Assembly (NCBI GenBank): GCA_965153455.1
Contig: OZ234494.1
Coordinates: 3,782,001-3,846,000 of the forward strand
Reading direction: 5' to 3'
Source: Sphagnum compactum
Lineage: Eukaryota
Length of the DNA: 64,000 nucleotides
Shown here: in pieces, positions 14,110 to 26,153 of the stretch
Layout: the number at the start of each line of letters is the position of its first letter
Numbering within the stretch: position 1 is the stretch's first letter
Notes under the pieces: model-generated
What the model saw: the letters and a program-made list of their open reading frames with translations, nothing else
The model's database searches: none
Told to the model about the DNA's origin: nothing
Translations under genes and position numbers: made by a program

Positions 14110-17100
14110 TTAAGGCCGTCTGTCAACTGCATCAACGAGTTTAGCTGCAATGTAGCCTGCAAAAGTTGATGATCCTTCAATTATCTGCAGCACAACAGTC
14201 CACGTCTCAAGACTTTATATTAAGGGATTCACAGCCTTCTGTTTACAGTAAAATGTCGCCAAAAAAAGAAATGAAAATAATTTTAAAAAAATGAAGTGAA
14301 TTTTTGGATTTCCAATCACCACAATTCAAAAAAAATTGTGAAAAAAATTGCCAGATTTCTCTACATGGTTGAAGTAGGTAGCCAAAATTAGAAAAGGGTA
14401 TTTTACTTTCAATTTATTTTGTTATAACAAAATTTGGCAGAATCTTCCTATGGATGATTGCCACTTTGGCTATATCACAAATTTGACCCCCAAAAAAACA
14501 CTGAGAATAAAAGTTTGAGTAGTTTAATATGGCATTACTAACGGTGACAGACCGCCTGATGGACTTTGTGTCAATAAAGAAATTTGTAAAGTCATCCCGT
14601 TTTTGGGCCCTTCTTTCATCCCCTAATCCCTCTTTTAATCTTTAAGTACTGTTATCCGTAAAGTAATGAAATTTCATAAGTTAAGGTATCAAGTGTTAAA
14701 ACTCAGGATTAAATGCACGTGGTTTGAGAGTAATTATAGCAATAATACACGTCAGAGCAGTGAAAATGTAACAAGCAGTAATGCAAGCCTCACAAAAAAG
14801 GAAAGTTAGGGGACTAACCTAGTTTTTGCACCCAAAAAATCAGTGCAAAATCCAGTTTTGTTCCCCCTTTTAACTGCGAGACTTTACGGATAACTTTAAT
14901 ATATAACCTGACTGAGTCCACCATATTGATGTAGACCACCACCACCTTACCAATTCTATCAGGTAAGATCAGTTGTGGTCCCAGCTAGGTAGGAAGGATT
15001 TGGTGGGTGTGGCTACTTCATTTTGTATCAGAATTACAGTGGAGATTGAGAAGGCCTGTCTGTTACCAGCTAGTTTACAGTCAAGAAGTGGACTATTTAG
15101 CTGCAGGCTGACAAAATGCAAAAGTAAAATTCTCCTTGAAAATTAGTACCCATGAGATGAAGGGAGAGAATAGAAGGCAATGATGTGATCCAGAATTTTC
15201 TTTTTGGAAAATTTCTTTTTCGCATCCTAATGACCTCAGAGAGTAAAACTGGAATATTCTAAATCTCAAAAAAATTATTCTGAGGTGGCAAAAAAGAAAA
15301 ACCAATTTGCAAAATTATGTAAATTACTTTTTTTGGAATATTTTGTCACATGTGTTTCCACCGATTTTTTTTTTAGTTTGGGGGCAATTTTCCATCATTT
15401 CTCTACTGTTTGAATAGCTTTATGCAAACATGTTTCCATAGTTTTGTAGAAACATGTCAACCATTAATACCAAATCTTTCATGGGATGCATGGCATTGAT
15501 GAATCCTTTGTAAATGTTCTTTTTTTACAAAATAAATGATTTAAAAAATTTTCCAATTTTGTGATGTAGCCAAATTACTGGCGATTACTAGCAACAAAAT
15601 GGTTTAGCCAAAATGAAAAATTTCTCCCACGCCACGCCCTCCCCCCCCCCCCCCCAACACCAAAAAACACTAGTAGCTATGGACATTCCATCTAATTAGG
15701 TCACAATTCCCTAAAGTTCACTAGTACAATCAAATTTGGGGGACTGTAGTAGTACCTACCTTGGTATTGAAGAAGAAGACGTCGTGTTCGCCGATGTTAG
15801 CACCACTGGCTTGCAGCAAATCTAGACGAAGCTCTTGCAGCGCAACAATGACATCCATCAAGCAATTCCGGCGACGACGCTGAGAGACTTTGATGGTCAC
15901 CTCGTCGTGCACTATTCGCACGTCCACGTGAGTTCCGTTGTGCGACGTTCTCTGGAGCCAAGAGCTGCGCAGGTGTGTCCCGGCGTCCACTGAGAACGAG
16001 TCGACATTGCCTAGTTTCTGCAGCACCATCGAATGGTTGCAGCAGCCGAGCATATTGTTGGATGCACTAGTAGTAGTAGTAGTAGTAGTAGTGTCCATTG
16101 GCTGTTGCTCATCACCTTCCTGCACCATGTTGTCATATCCGGCGCTGCAGCAGCTGGGCATGGATCCAGGAATTGCACCTGTTCCGTCGGACCCTACTAG
16201 TACAGCTGCTTGATCCGTCGCAGATTTCATTATTCGTCGCCTCTTGCAGTCCACCCCGCGGGCTCCTGCACCATGATGACCACCACCACCACCACCACCT
16301 AATCCCCTTGCGCGTCTCTTCTCCTGCACTAGCAATTGCAGCTCTTGCACTGTGCGTTTCAGTTCCTTCACGTAGTCGATAGCATCTGCAACTATTGAAG
16401 CACGGTCTGCCTGAAAAAAAAAAGCATCAACATATTGTCCAGAACTAATCAGTATAATTTCATCTGAATTAATGCACAGTTAAGATCGATCTAGCTAGCT
16501 AGATTTCCTTAATGACTAATTACCTAGCAATTTGCATACTTGGGTTTTGGTGTCGAATTAGCCCTGGATCATGATCAGCATGTTATCAAACACATTAAGT
16601 TTGCTCTTGCACATCGATTGAGAACCACGCAAACCGCATCTTTCCTTTAGGCTACTGTGATCTTCCATTATGTTTTTTCAACTAGATGTGCTCGCAGTCA
16701 TCTCACAGCTCTACGGGTTGCAGAATGGTTTCATGTTCTTTTATTAATCACATACAATACTATAACATCTATCTTTTTTTTCATGAGAACATGAGTTACT
16801 GACATGCTTAACTACATATTTTCAATGCATTTGCAGCTCTAAAACTGTGATCACAATAGCCTCTTGGAAAGAGACCCTAAGTGTACCAGCTAGTTCAGTC
16901 CTGATGAACTCGTACTTAGGTTAGAGACACATCGACCTAGTCAATGGCGATGGGTCTTCAAGTGGATCACATTCCAGTGCCATTCTCCAATCACGCTTGG
17001 AAAATGTTTATACTGTAATTAAGCCTGCAGTTACGATGAAAGGAAAGTACAATGTCGGGGAGAAGTAGTACAAGAAGATGCTGATTTAGAACTGGACTCA

Positions 17101-18718
17101 AGAGTCGATCAGCACACAATCAGACATTCGGTCGTGATAAGGGAGCTGGTAAACTCATGCATATCACTAGTGATAGAATGCAATGGAGTCTTGTCGAAAG
17201 CAGAAAAGATGAATCCGACATAAGTTGAAGCGACGAAACGGCCTAGATCTTTTACGCGGTCTAATATTTAATCCTGGGTTTTCTCGCTGTTTGTGTACCT
17301 TGGAAGGGTTGGGAACCAAGGAGCGCAAAGTTTGGTACTTCTCGTTCAGAAACTCGCGTCTCTGTCTCTCCGTTGCGAAGTGGTTGACCCCACGTACTTG
17401 ATCTGATGATCCCTTTGCAAGTCCAGCTGCAGTACTGCTGCCATCGCGTTTGGAACCAAACGGTGATGCAGCTAATTTTCCCTCCTCATCTAATTTCTCT
17501 TGCTCCAAATCCACAAGAAGCTGTGCTCCTGCAGCTTGTCGCGTCAGTACTTGAACAGAGTTGTTGGAAGCTGACCCGGCCTGCAGAGTATCAGTCACGG
17601 GTCGAGGTAAACCATGGAAAAAGCTTGTAGACGACTGCGGAGAAGCTGTGTGAACTCCTCCCTGCTGCTGGCTGTGGAGTGGAAAGCTGTGTAGGCTTCG
17701 TCTAGTCTCGTAGAAGTGATCACCGGTGTTGAGTGGAGCAGCTGAGGAGATGCACCCGGTGGGTGCGCCCGCGTTATTGTACATGGAGCTGCTCTTCAGG
17801 GCTCTAGAGTTTGATGCATATCCAGATCCACTGTTGTTAGGCTGCAAGCCAGAGAAGGCAGTTCGAGGGAGCTGAAGGAGGCTGAGTAGCTCAGATTCCC
17901 CAGGATAGTTTCCACCGCCGCTTGCCGCCCTGTCGAGAGTCTGAGGAGTTGCCGTAGCAGTCGCGTGGTTGAAGATCACCTGCTCGGCGGCCTGCGAATG
18001 GTAGAGCTGCTGTGCCTGTTGCTGCTGCTGTAACAGAAGCATCTCTTGCAGCACATGAAGGCTGTCTTCCCACGCACTTGCTACCGCTTGCTGCACACAT
18101 GCAGAAGCTATTGGGTAAGGACCGGTAAGTTCGTACTCATTCTACGAGCAGCTGCTGCTGCAACACGCTCGTTTGTGAGAGACTGCAGTGATCCGATATG
18201 AGAAAACTCGATCTACAGACCTGTACTACTGTCGACTACATAGCTGAGGAGAAAGTTTGAAGAGTGCTGTACACTTCTCCCTCATGACTGACCTGAGATA
18301 TCTGAGATTGTGGCTGAGACTGCTGCTGTTGCTGCTGAAGCATTTCTTGCAGAAGCAAGCTGTGGTCGTCGGAGCCAACCTCAAAATTCACGGAGCTCAT
18401 AGAATTCAACTCGTTTGTGAATGCACCCGCCGCCAGATTCATGCTGTCGACTAGAAGTCCTGAATCATGAATTCCGCCAGAGAGCTGATCTCCCAGTCCC
18501 GGGAAATTGGATGCAGCCGAAACTAGTAGCCTATCCAAATTCCCGCTGAAAGTAGTACTTCCCGCCGGCCCTTGCAGCAAATCCACACTGCTGCTGTTGC
18601 CAGTGTCGACATTGCCGATCACTACTGTATCCATGCCAAATGCTTCAGCACCCGGACAGCCAAAGTAGCCGGATTCATCGTAACCCATGTTTGCACTTCC
18701 GTAGTGCTGCATGATCAT
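14110..18718 (-). CDS. Clade II bHLH transcription factor (bHLH010/089/091, EAT1/TIP2-like), ~647 aa; exons 18718-18293, 18090-17299, 16410-15760, 14184-14110
   Basis: All three introns are GT-AG and phase 0, and the exon lengths 426/792/651/75 keep the frame. The bHLH domain NHFATERQRREFLNEKYQTLRSLVPNPSK|ADRASIVADAIDYVKELKRTVQEL is split by an intron. The C-terminal ACT-like domain LRSSWLQRTS...VDVRIVHDEVTIKV...FFFNTK|IIEGSSTFAGYIAAKLVDAVDRRP* is typical of clade II. The start codon is the least certain part: ATG at 18718 or 18712, and further upstream exons are not excluded. Confidence 0.92.
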
Positions 18719-21700
18719 GTCTTCCACCTTGCAGGAAGACGCAGGTTCTAGAAGGTTCTAGCTAGTGACGAAAAATCCTAGCAAATGAAAGAAAGATGGG
18801 TCAATATTATGTTTCTAGATAATTCGCGCATATTGTTCATATGAAGCTAGAGCTCCGATCGAGCTTCAAACCTGCTCCGATGGATTCGTAACCTAGAGCC
18901 TGGACTGCACTGATCGAGCAAGGTAGCGACGGAAAAGGCCCGGTACAGTACTCGCACTGTTCCGATCAGGCCAGCAAAAGCACGGTACACTTGATCTTAA
19001 CGTAATTACAAAACATAAGCCAATTACTGAGTGACCGTGCTTATGTAGCTAATCTTTGGATTCACCGACGTCCGACTTGAATGATTAGCTGATCCTGCAG
19101 CATGCTAACCTCATGTACTTAGAGCAAGGTTCCTGCAGCAGCTAGAGCTGCTGGTACATCCTGCACATGTTAACCTTTGTGTGGAAATGGGACAGGCACT
19201 TGCGACAAGCAGTTTTATGTATCTGGCAAGATGTACTATATTATTCTACGACGTCGATCGAGCTCTCGTCCTGCACAAGTGCAGCCCGTTGCAGTCCGGG
19301 ATGCAGAGTACTACTTACTAGTTCTTTTTGTACAATCTTTTGGTGGGCCCAGCAGCGCCTGGAGATTATTGGACATAGAATACAATTATGCAGTATATAT
19401 ACTTGTTCATCACGCGCGTGAGTCCTTACCTGCTAGCTATAGGATTCGACTGTACTTGTCTAGAGAATATTCTGTCCTTCTTGACCGAACCGGCATCTGC
19501 TGGACTCCTGCTGCAGAGCCGTATTACCCACGGCGAGTCAGATGTTTTGTGAGAACTCCGAGGTAGCTAATCATGCATCGCATCATGGGTGTAATTCCTA
19601 ACCTAAGATTACAAAGAAGTGTGCTAGACTCAAATACCTTGCTGCTCTCCAGACGATGTCGTTGTATCCTCATGTGCTTATGACGATCTACAAAGAAAAA
19701 GCCGCACTATATATGCTAATCTCTTTCGGGAGATAGCTTATCTACGTGAACAGCTGCTGAGACTTATTTCCAGCAGGAGAGTACAGGAAATATCGGCCAG
19801 GTGCAATTAATGCTAGATCGCTGATCTAGTGCGCTTCATTGCGTTGAACGTTCTCATGACTCTCGACGTTGCTCCAGGTTCACAACTGCTGTATTGAGGT
19901 GGGGACCTCAATGATGTTAAAACCCTCACAAGCTTAGTACAAGGTTTCTTCTTTCTGTGAAAATCTTCAGTCACGACATAGCTAAGATGGTTTTTCTCAG
20001 GATTCGACAGTCTTTTGCAGGACTAGACTCTCCCTGGCTCTTTGTGTTAAGAAGAGGAATTAATCCACGTACCCGCTGTTGACGACGAAATTGCCGTCGT
20101 CTTAGAAGTTCGCGTTCTTGCCCTTTTGTGGCACAGATCGATGCAGCCCAAAACGTATTGCCCTCGATGATCTTCCTCTAATGCTTCTAGTCCTCACGAG
20201 AACAAATTTCATGAATCGGACAACTCTTTCTTCAGGTTGTAGTACTCGCAGTATTGCATGCTCGTGAGTTCTTACTTGGTGAATGTCTCCAGGAAGATCA
20301 AGCTTCGCTGCTGTGTTTTGTCGGCGCTAAAACATCCTCGAGTGCTGTGTTCGCAGACACTCGTGTGTTTACCATATGATGATCAGTCAAAGAGTTCTCG
20401 GTCAAGCCGCCAGGCTGATCGGCGATCTGTTTGAACCGGAAACTGCAGCGGTAACGCCGAGTCACGAACGGTCCCACTCTCATATTTCGATGTACATAAA
20501 TTTCTTTCTGCAAGCAGGACGGGCGTAAGATCGATCTCGAGGACAAGCTTCGTGCTAATCCAAGAAGCAGCGACTACCGATGCTCACTGTAGGTACATAT
20601 ATATAATTAAGTTGGAAAATTTGCCAAAGGAGAGACCAGATGATGAGAATACGAGACAAGTAGATCGGAGCTTTCTACACGAGTTTCCTAGATACTGCAG
20701 GCCTCTTCTGACGACACTTTAGAAACTAGCAAGTCCCCATAGTTTCTGTTCAATAGAGAGAAAAACAAACACACACATGATTATTATAGTACCTTACGAA
20801 AACAGAAAAATCTTGTTAACACTTGCAAAAAGGATACAGATCGGCTCTGCAGCAGGTGCCGCTGTGCTTGAATCATCTAGTCTGTCCAAGTTTTCATGAC
20901 TCGGATCGATACGATGCGACAGCCACCAACTAGCACAGCTGCAGAAGCCAACCCAATATTATCCCCAAGGTCGTGGCCATAGTCATCCATGAGAGATCTC
21001 TGCGACAAGCTAATCTCTAGGCAGAATCTCTCTTCTCCCGGCCAGCCTGCAGCAGCTAGCTTCAATTCCCACATCGCTTCCACATGCAGTTGTTCATGTC
21101 CGTCTTCCCATTCTTGTATCTCTCAGGCTAGCTAGGTATGCACTAGAGCAGCTACCGCCGGGTTTCTAGCTAGTCCGGCTACGCAGTTTACAACCCAGTT
21201 GGGTTGCATCTGGCGGGGAGGGCAGCTAGCTGGGGCTAGCCTGCTAGCTAGCTAGCAGCTGATCTCCTGCAGCGGCTCCTCTGCAACCAAGCTTGCTTTG
21301 CAAATGGGAACTTAACAGGATCACAATGATGGGCTTGTCTGCCTGCAAGCCGGTCACTCTAAGATCATTATACTAGCAATTTGCCAAAGGCGCTAGTTAC
21401 TGAGTATAATATTTATGTAAGCAGTTGTTTCTCGACCCGAGTGAGTCCTGATCCATTTTCGACACTGGGATCGTCCACATGCACTTCTAGAGGCAACATC
21501 AACTTCAACTAAACTTCACCAACAACAGCCCCATGACAACGTCCAGTGGGTAGTAATTAGCAGTGTTGGGTCTGGTATATACGGTCAGAGACTGACTGGT
21601 ATCAATACTGGTATGAACCCTCAGGGTATTAAATTACCAGACCAGTCTGGTGGTATGACCTTAGTCTGGTACCAGCTTAATACCAGTACCAGGCTAGTAT

Positions 21701-22769
21701 TAAAAAAAAAAAATTAAAAAAATGGCCAATACCAGGACCACAATGGGTAGCAATTTAATCTCACAATGCAGCCACCTGTGCACTTAGCTCTCTTTTTTTG
21801 CTGCATATATATAGCCAAAAAGAGAAATTGCAAATTAAAAAGTCTTAAAATTGAGTGCTATTCAAAAATTTCAATAGCCAGCTGAATTCGATCAAAATTT
21901 AAGAAATTTTTTTGCCAGATTTTCTATACATGGTTGAAGTAGCTGGTAGCCAAAACATACTAGGATGGTTAATAATATTTTCTACTTTCATATTTACCTT
22001 GTAGCCAAATTTGGCTAAATCTCCCTAAATGGACAAGTGTGGACACTTCATTTTCACAAGATTATTATATTCATCTGTGCTAGTTGCTGATCTTTATCAA
22101 CTAATCAATTAACAATTTATAATAATCACCTCTATCTAGACACTCTACACCAGTGTGGTTTCCCCGCCCCCCCCATCCCCCATTTTTTTTTATTTTGCTA
22201 AAGTGGTGAGCTTTGGCTGAAGATTGTTTTTCTCCACTGAAAATGCAAGTTTTTCCAAGTTATCTTCGAACTATTTTTCAAAAAATTGAAAAATTTCGCC
22301 ACAAGAAAAAATAAATCAATATTGTAATACACACACAATTTAGACGTAGAAATGAGTGCTTTTTTTGTTCAACCATTATTGGGAAAGTTCCCGGAATTGT
22401 TTTTTGTAAATTCGACTAATTTTTGCTACATTTTTCGAAATTTTATCAAAAGAATTTATATCGAGAAATTGAGGGGAAAAAAACAGTGGTAGAAATGAAT
22501 CTAGGAGGCCTTAAAAGTAAAGGACTAAATCCTACCCTAGTTTGGAACCTAGGAGTGACTAATGCTCAAAATACTGGACACCATGGACATTCTACTTGTC
22601 TAGGTAAGTAGTAGGGTGAACCAGCATCTACAGTGGTACCTTCACCTTCTTCAGCTCTCTTGGATGCAACATTTAACCTGGGTAATGTTAAATTTGGGAC
22701 TCAGATACACTGTTTCATTTTGAGGACCAATGTCTATCATGTCTATAAGCAAATATTACAAAATTTGGG

Positions 22770-23076
22770 GTTTCTAGGGTTGGGGTGGTTCTTTGATTTG
22801 GTTATAACATCTGGTTCTGGGTTTTTGAAAACTTGTTTTCAAAGAACCGATGGGTTTTATAAAAGAACTAGAGAGGTTGCGAGTAGGTTCTTTGACCAGT
22901 TCTTCGATTTTGTGAGTATCACAATTTACAGGTCAAAAGCAGTTATCTGGTCAAGGGTCTGTATACTTGACCTTTACCCACTATTGACATTTTTTTGGTT
23001 TGAAAAAGGGAGGAACCACCCAACATTTGTTTCTTTCTAGTTGTTTGAAAAGAAAGAGAGAACCACCCACTATTGG
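22770..23076. mobile_element. Fragment of the same AGAACC/GGTTCT hAT-MITE family (other fragments at ~21561-21790, 28985-29160, 37655-37830, 44430-44640)
   Basis: GGTGGTTCTTTGA...AAAGAACC motifs and terminal GAACCACCCAACA-like sequences. Boundaries are approximate. Confidence 0.55.
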
Positions 23077-25132
23077 TTTTGATGCATGTTTGCCCCGATT
23101 CTTCCTTTCGTCTCAATGTTGCTGTTTCAAAAGTTTTGGAAGATTTTCCAGGTGCAAGTTTGAGCCAGGTTGAAGTCAATTGCTATGCTTTGCCCTACCC
23201 TAATAAGCATTACCTCTTGTTACTAAACCATGAAGTCCAGCCTATCATGAATGCCTTCATAATAGAACCCTGAAAATGAATGAGTATTTTTGCTTTGTTA
23301 TTTGGGGGATACAATAGCAGACTCTTGGGCCATCCAGCATTGGGTGAGTGTCAGCCATTGATCTGAGGAATATCTGGATCGTTGATTTCACATCAAGTTA
23401 CACAATATTTCAGTTTTTGCAACATGAATCTAGTTTCTTCTTTAAAAAGTTGTTTAGAGCAAACTTCCATTGAAACTTTTTCTTTGCTTCTCAAATCTTA
23501 ATGTGGTTTGTATCTTGTCAATTAATCCATTGTATGTCACATACTTATGATGTATTGTTATGCTTGTAATGGACCTTTCTACACACATACACATATATGA
23601 CCTCCCTTATATCTAAAATGCATAGTATTATCAGTTGTAGGGTTCTGTCCAAATGGAGTATCTTTATGACAATTTGTGATATTTCTAGCTTGATAGAGTT
23701 AAATGTTCCACAAGAGTACCAGCTTGTTCCACTTGTTTCATTTTGTAGACATTTACAATCAGTTCACTCTCCCAATTAATTTAAACTGTAGGAGCCGAGT
23801 CATATTTCCATCATGTCCATATGTCTCAATGTGAGCCTCTCTCAAATGTCAAGATCTGCAACATTTCATTATCTTACATTTGCATGGTTCTTCAAATCTA
23901 AGAGGCATTCGGAACCCAAGGCTTACAAGCTTGGACTTCCATCAACTTGCACACCTTGGTATGCAACAAGAATATGGAAATCTAAAGCCCCGAAATGGGG
24001 GCATTCCCAAAATAAGAGGCCTAGGATGAAGTAGTAATGGAGTTGAGGTTCACATTTTGGGGTGGTGCCTTAGCCTTAGGCTTTTAGAGTAGGCAAGCCC
24101 ATTATCAAACACTTATTCATATATTTCTCATTTTTTGTTTTATTCTAATGATTTTCATGGTTATGAGTGTGTCAAGTGTAGGTCTAAAATAGCATTTTGA
24201 ACTTTGGAGGCAACTAAGTGACAAAGAAGAAGCCAAATGAAGAGAATGAGCATGTCTAGAGCACAAAATGCTTGAAAAAAATGCATTAGAACCCTCCCCC
24301 TCACCCCAAAAAACATTGAAACTTCATATCTCATATATTTGAATGATCTAAAATGATATGGGTGTGTTAGCTTGTGCTCTACAATCCCTCTTTGAACTCC
24401 ATAGACAATTGAGTTATGTACAAGGATCTTAAGCTCCAAACATTTAACATGCCAAACCAAACCTTTATTGTTCCAAATTGAACACTACTTTCAAATGCCA
24501 TGTTTTCTTCATTATTTGGTCCATTTTGACCGATCTTAATAATGATGGATGTGCGAAATGGAGGTTCTCAATATCTCTTTGAACTCCAAAATCAATTGAA
24601 CTATGTCTAAGGATTTTAATCTCTTAAAGAGATTAAATGTTCAAACATTGGCCATACCCATCATAAAACAAGAGGTAAAGATTTTGTAACCCAAATATAT
24701 GTAAATAAAAGGGGGAGGGTTCTTATGCTCGGCACTTACAAATTAGAAAGGAAAGTTACAAACAATGTTGAGCGGTTTTCATTTTTTCAATGAAAATCTT
24801 TCAAGTTTTTAATAGAATTTTCAGAATGAGAACCAAAAGTTTTCACATAAGATGATAACCTTCATAAGAACCTTGGTGGCCAATTCCTCTCCCAAGTGAA
24901 AATTGGTTTTTTGAAAACCTCAAAGGGGATCATTTGGAGGCTGAAGGTGATAACCTTTTAGAATACTAAAATATGGCGCACCAATTTTCAGTGTTTAATT
25001 AGGTTTAAGTTTGGGTGACGCAACCTCTCAATGGCTCTTTGAGCACCCCCTTTAACAAGAGCTTCACAAAGAAACATCCACTCTTCTACAAAAGGGGCCA
25101 AGTTGCAACTTGGCCCCACCTCCTTGTTCTTT

Positions 25133-25462
25133 AGTGCTTCACTATTCTTTAATGTTTTGCTACTTTGTGGTGCTTCGTTGCTCTTATATGTTTCACTGCT
25201 TCACTATATTTTACCATTCCTCCGTGTTTCATTCCTTTACTATGCTTCGTCGTTCTTCCATGTTTCATCGTTTATTTGTGTTTCACTACATCCTATGTGC
25301 TTTGTTGCTCCTCAATGTTTTATTGTTCCTCTATGCTTTGTTATTCCTTGGTGTTTTGCTCCTTGCTCATGCTTTGCTACTCCATCGTGCTTCGCTACTC
25401 CCTTGCCCAAGTACATTTTTGCCCCTTGTTTCATTGTTCCTCCATGCTTTGCTATTCCTTCA
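25133..25462. repeat. Degenerate 18-bp minisatellite inside the 5' part of the hAT element
   Basis: Successive units such as GTGCTTCACTATTCTTTA / ATGTTTTGCTACTTTGTG / GTGCTTCGTTGCTCTTAT. This explains why all three plus-strand frames are open here. Confidence 0.8.
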
Positions 25463-26153
25463 ATGTTCAAATTTGTATTTCGCCCTTTTCCTCTTTTTTT
25501 GCAATGTATTCGAGATTTGACATCCAATGTTACAATTTGGGACGAAGCTTAAAAGCATCAAGCTCCAAATTGGTGGAAGCAATAAATTTTTTGATTCTTC
25601 CATTTTTTTTTTGAAATTTTTTTTCTAGTTCTCCTTCCCAAATTTATTTCTAGATTTTTATTTTTTATTTTTTTCATTATTTTACTTATTTCTAATTTTT
25701 AAATCTATTTTTTGTTATTTTGCAAGGATTTTTGGAAGAAACCTTGGAGACTTTTGTATTCTTTTTTTAAGATTTTTGCCATGATTATAAGTGAACTCTT
25801 TTATAATTGCTTGTAAGAATTGCTTGTAAATGCTTAGGTGGTTTTGCATCTTTGTAAATGTTTAAATGACTTCTAGTTTAACAACTAAATCTTAAAAACC
25901 CTATAACATTTCAACCATTTTATAATTCACAAAAAAATTGGGTTCATCTTTTCCATTATAATCATACCCCTTTTGAAAATTATTGAAAAATGGAATCATC
26001 AAGGATAAATGCTAATGAAATAGTTATTAAAATTAAATATTGTGATATTTCCCCAATCATGTCTTTATGGAAGAGGTATCTTTGACTGAATCTATGGAAG
26101 AAAATAGAAGTTTGCAAACATAATCAAGTGTCATTTAGAGTGAAGAAGAGAAA

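Noticed and set aside
15938..18454. Plus-strand and alternative-frame ORFs overlapping the bHLH exons
   Set aside because: They are antisense or shadow frames of GC-rich coding exons.
25103..25614. Three overlapping hydrophobic/Cys-rich ORFs
   Set aside because: Artefact of the 18-bp minisatellite.
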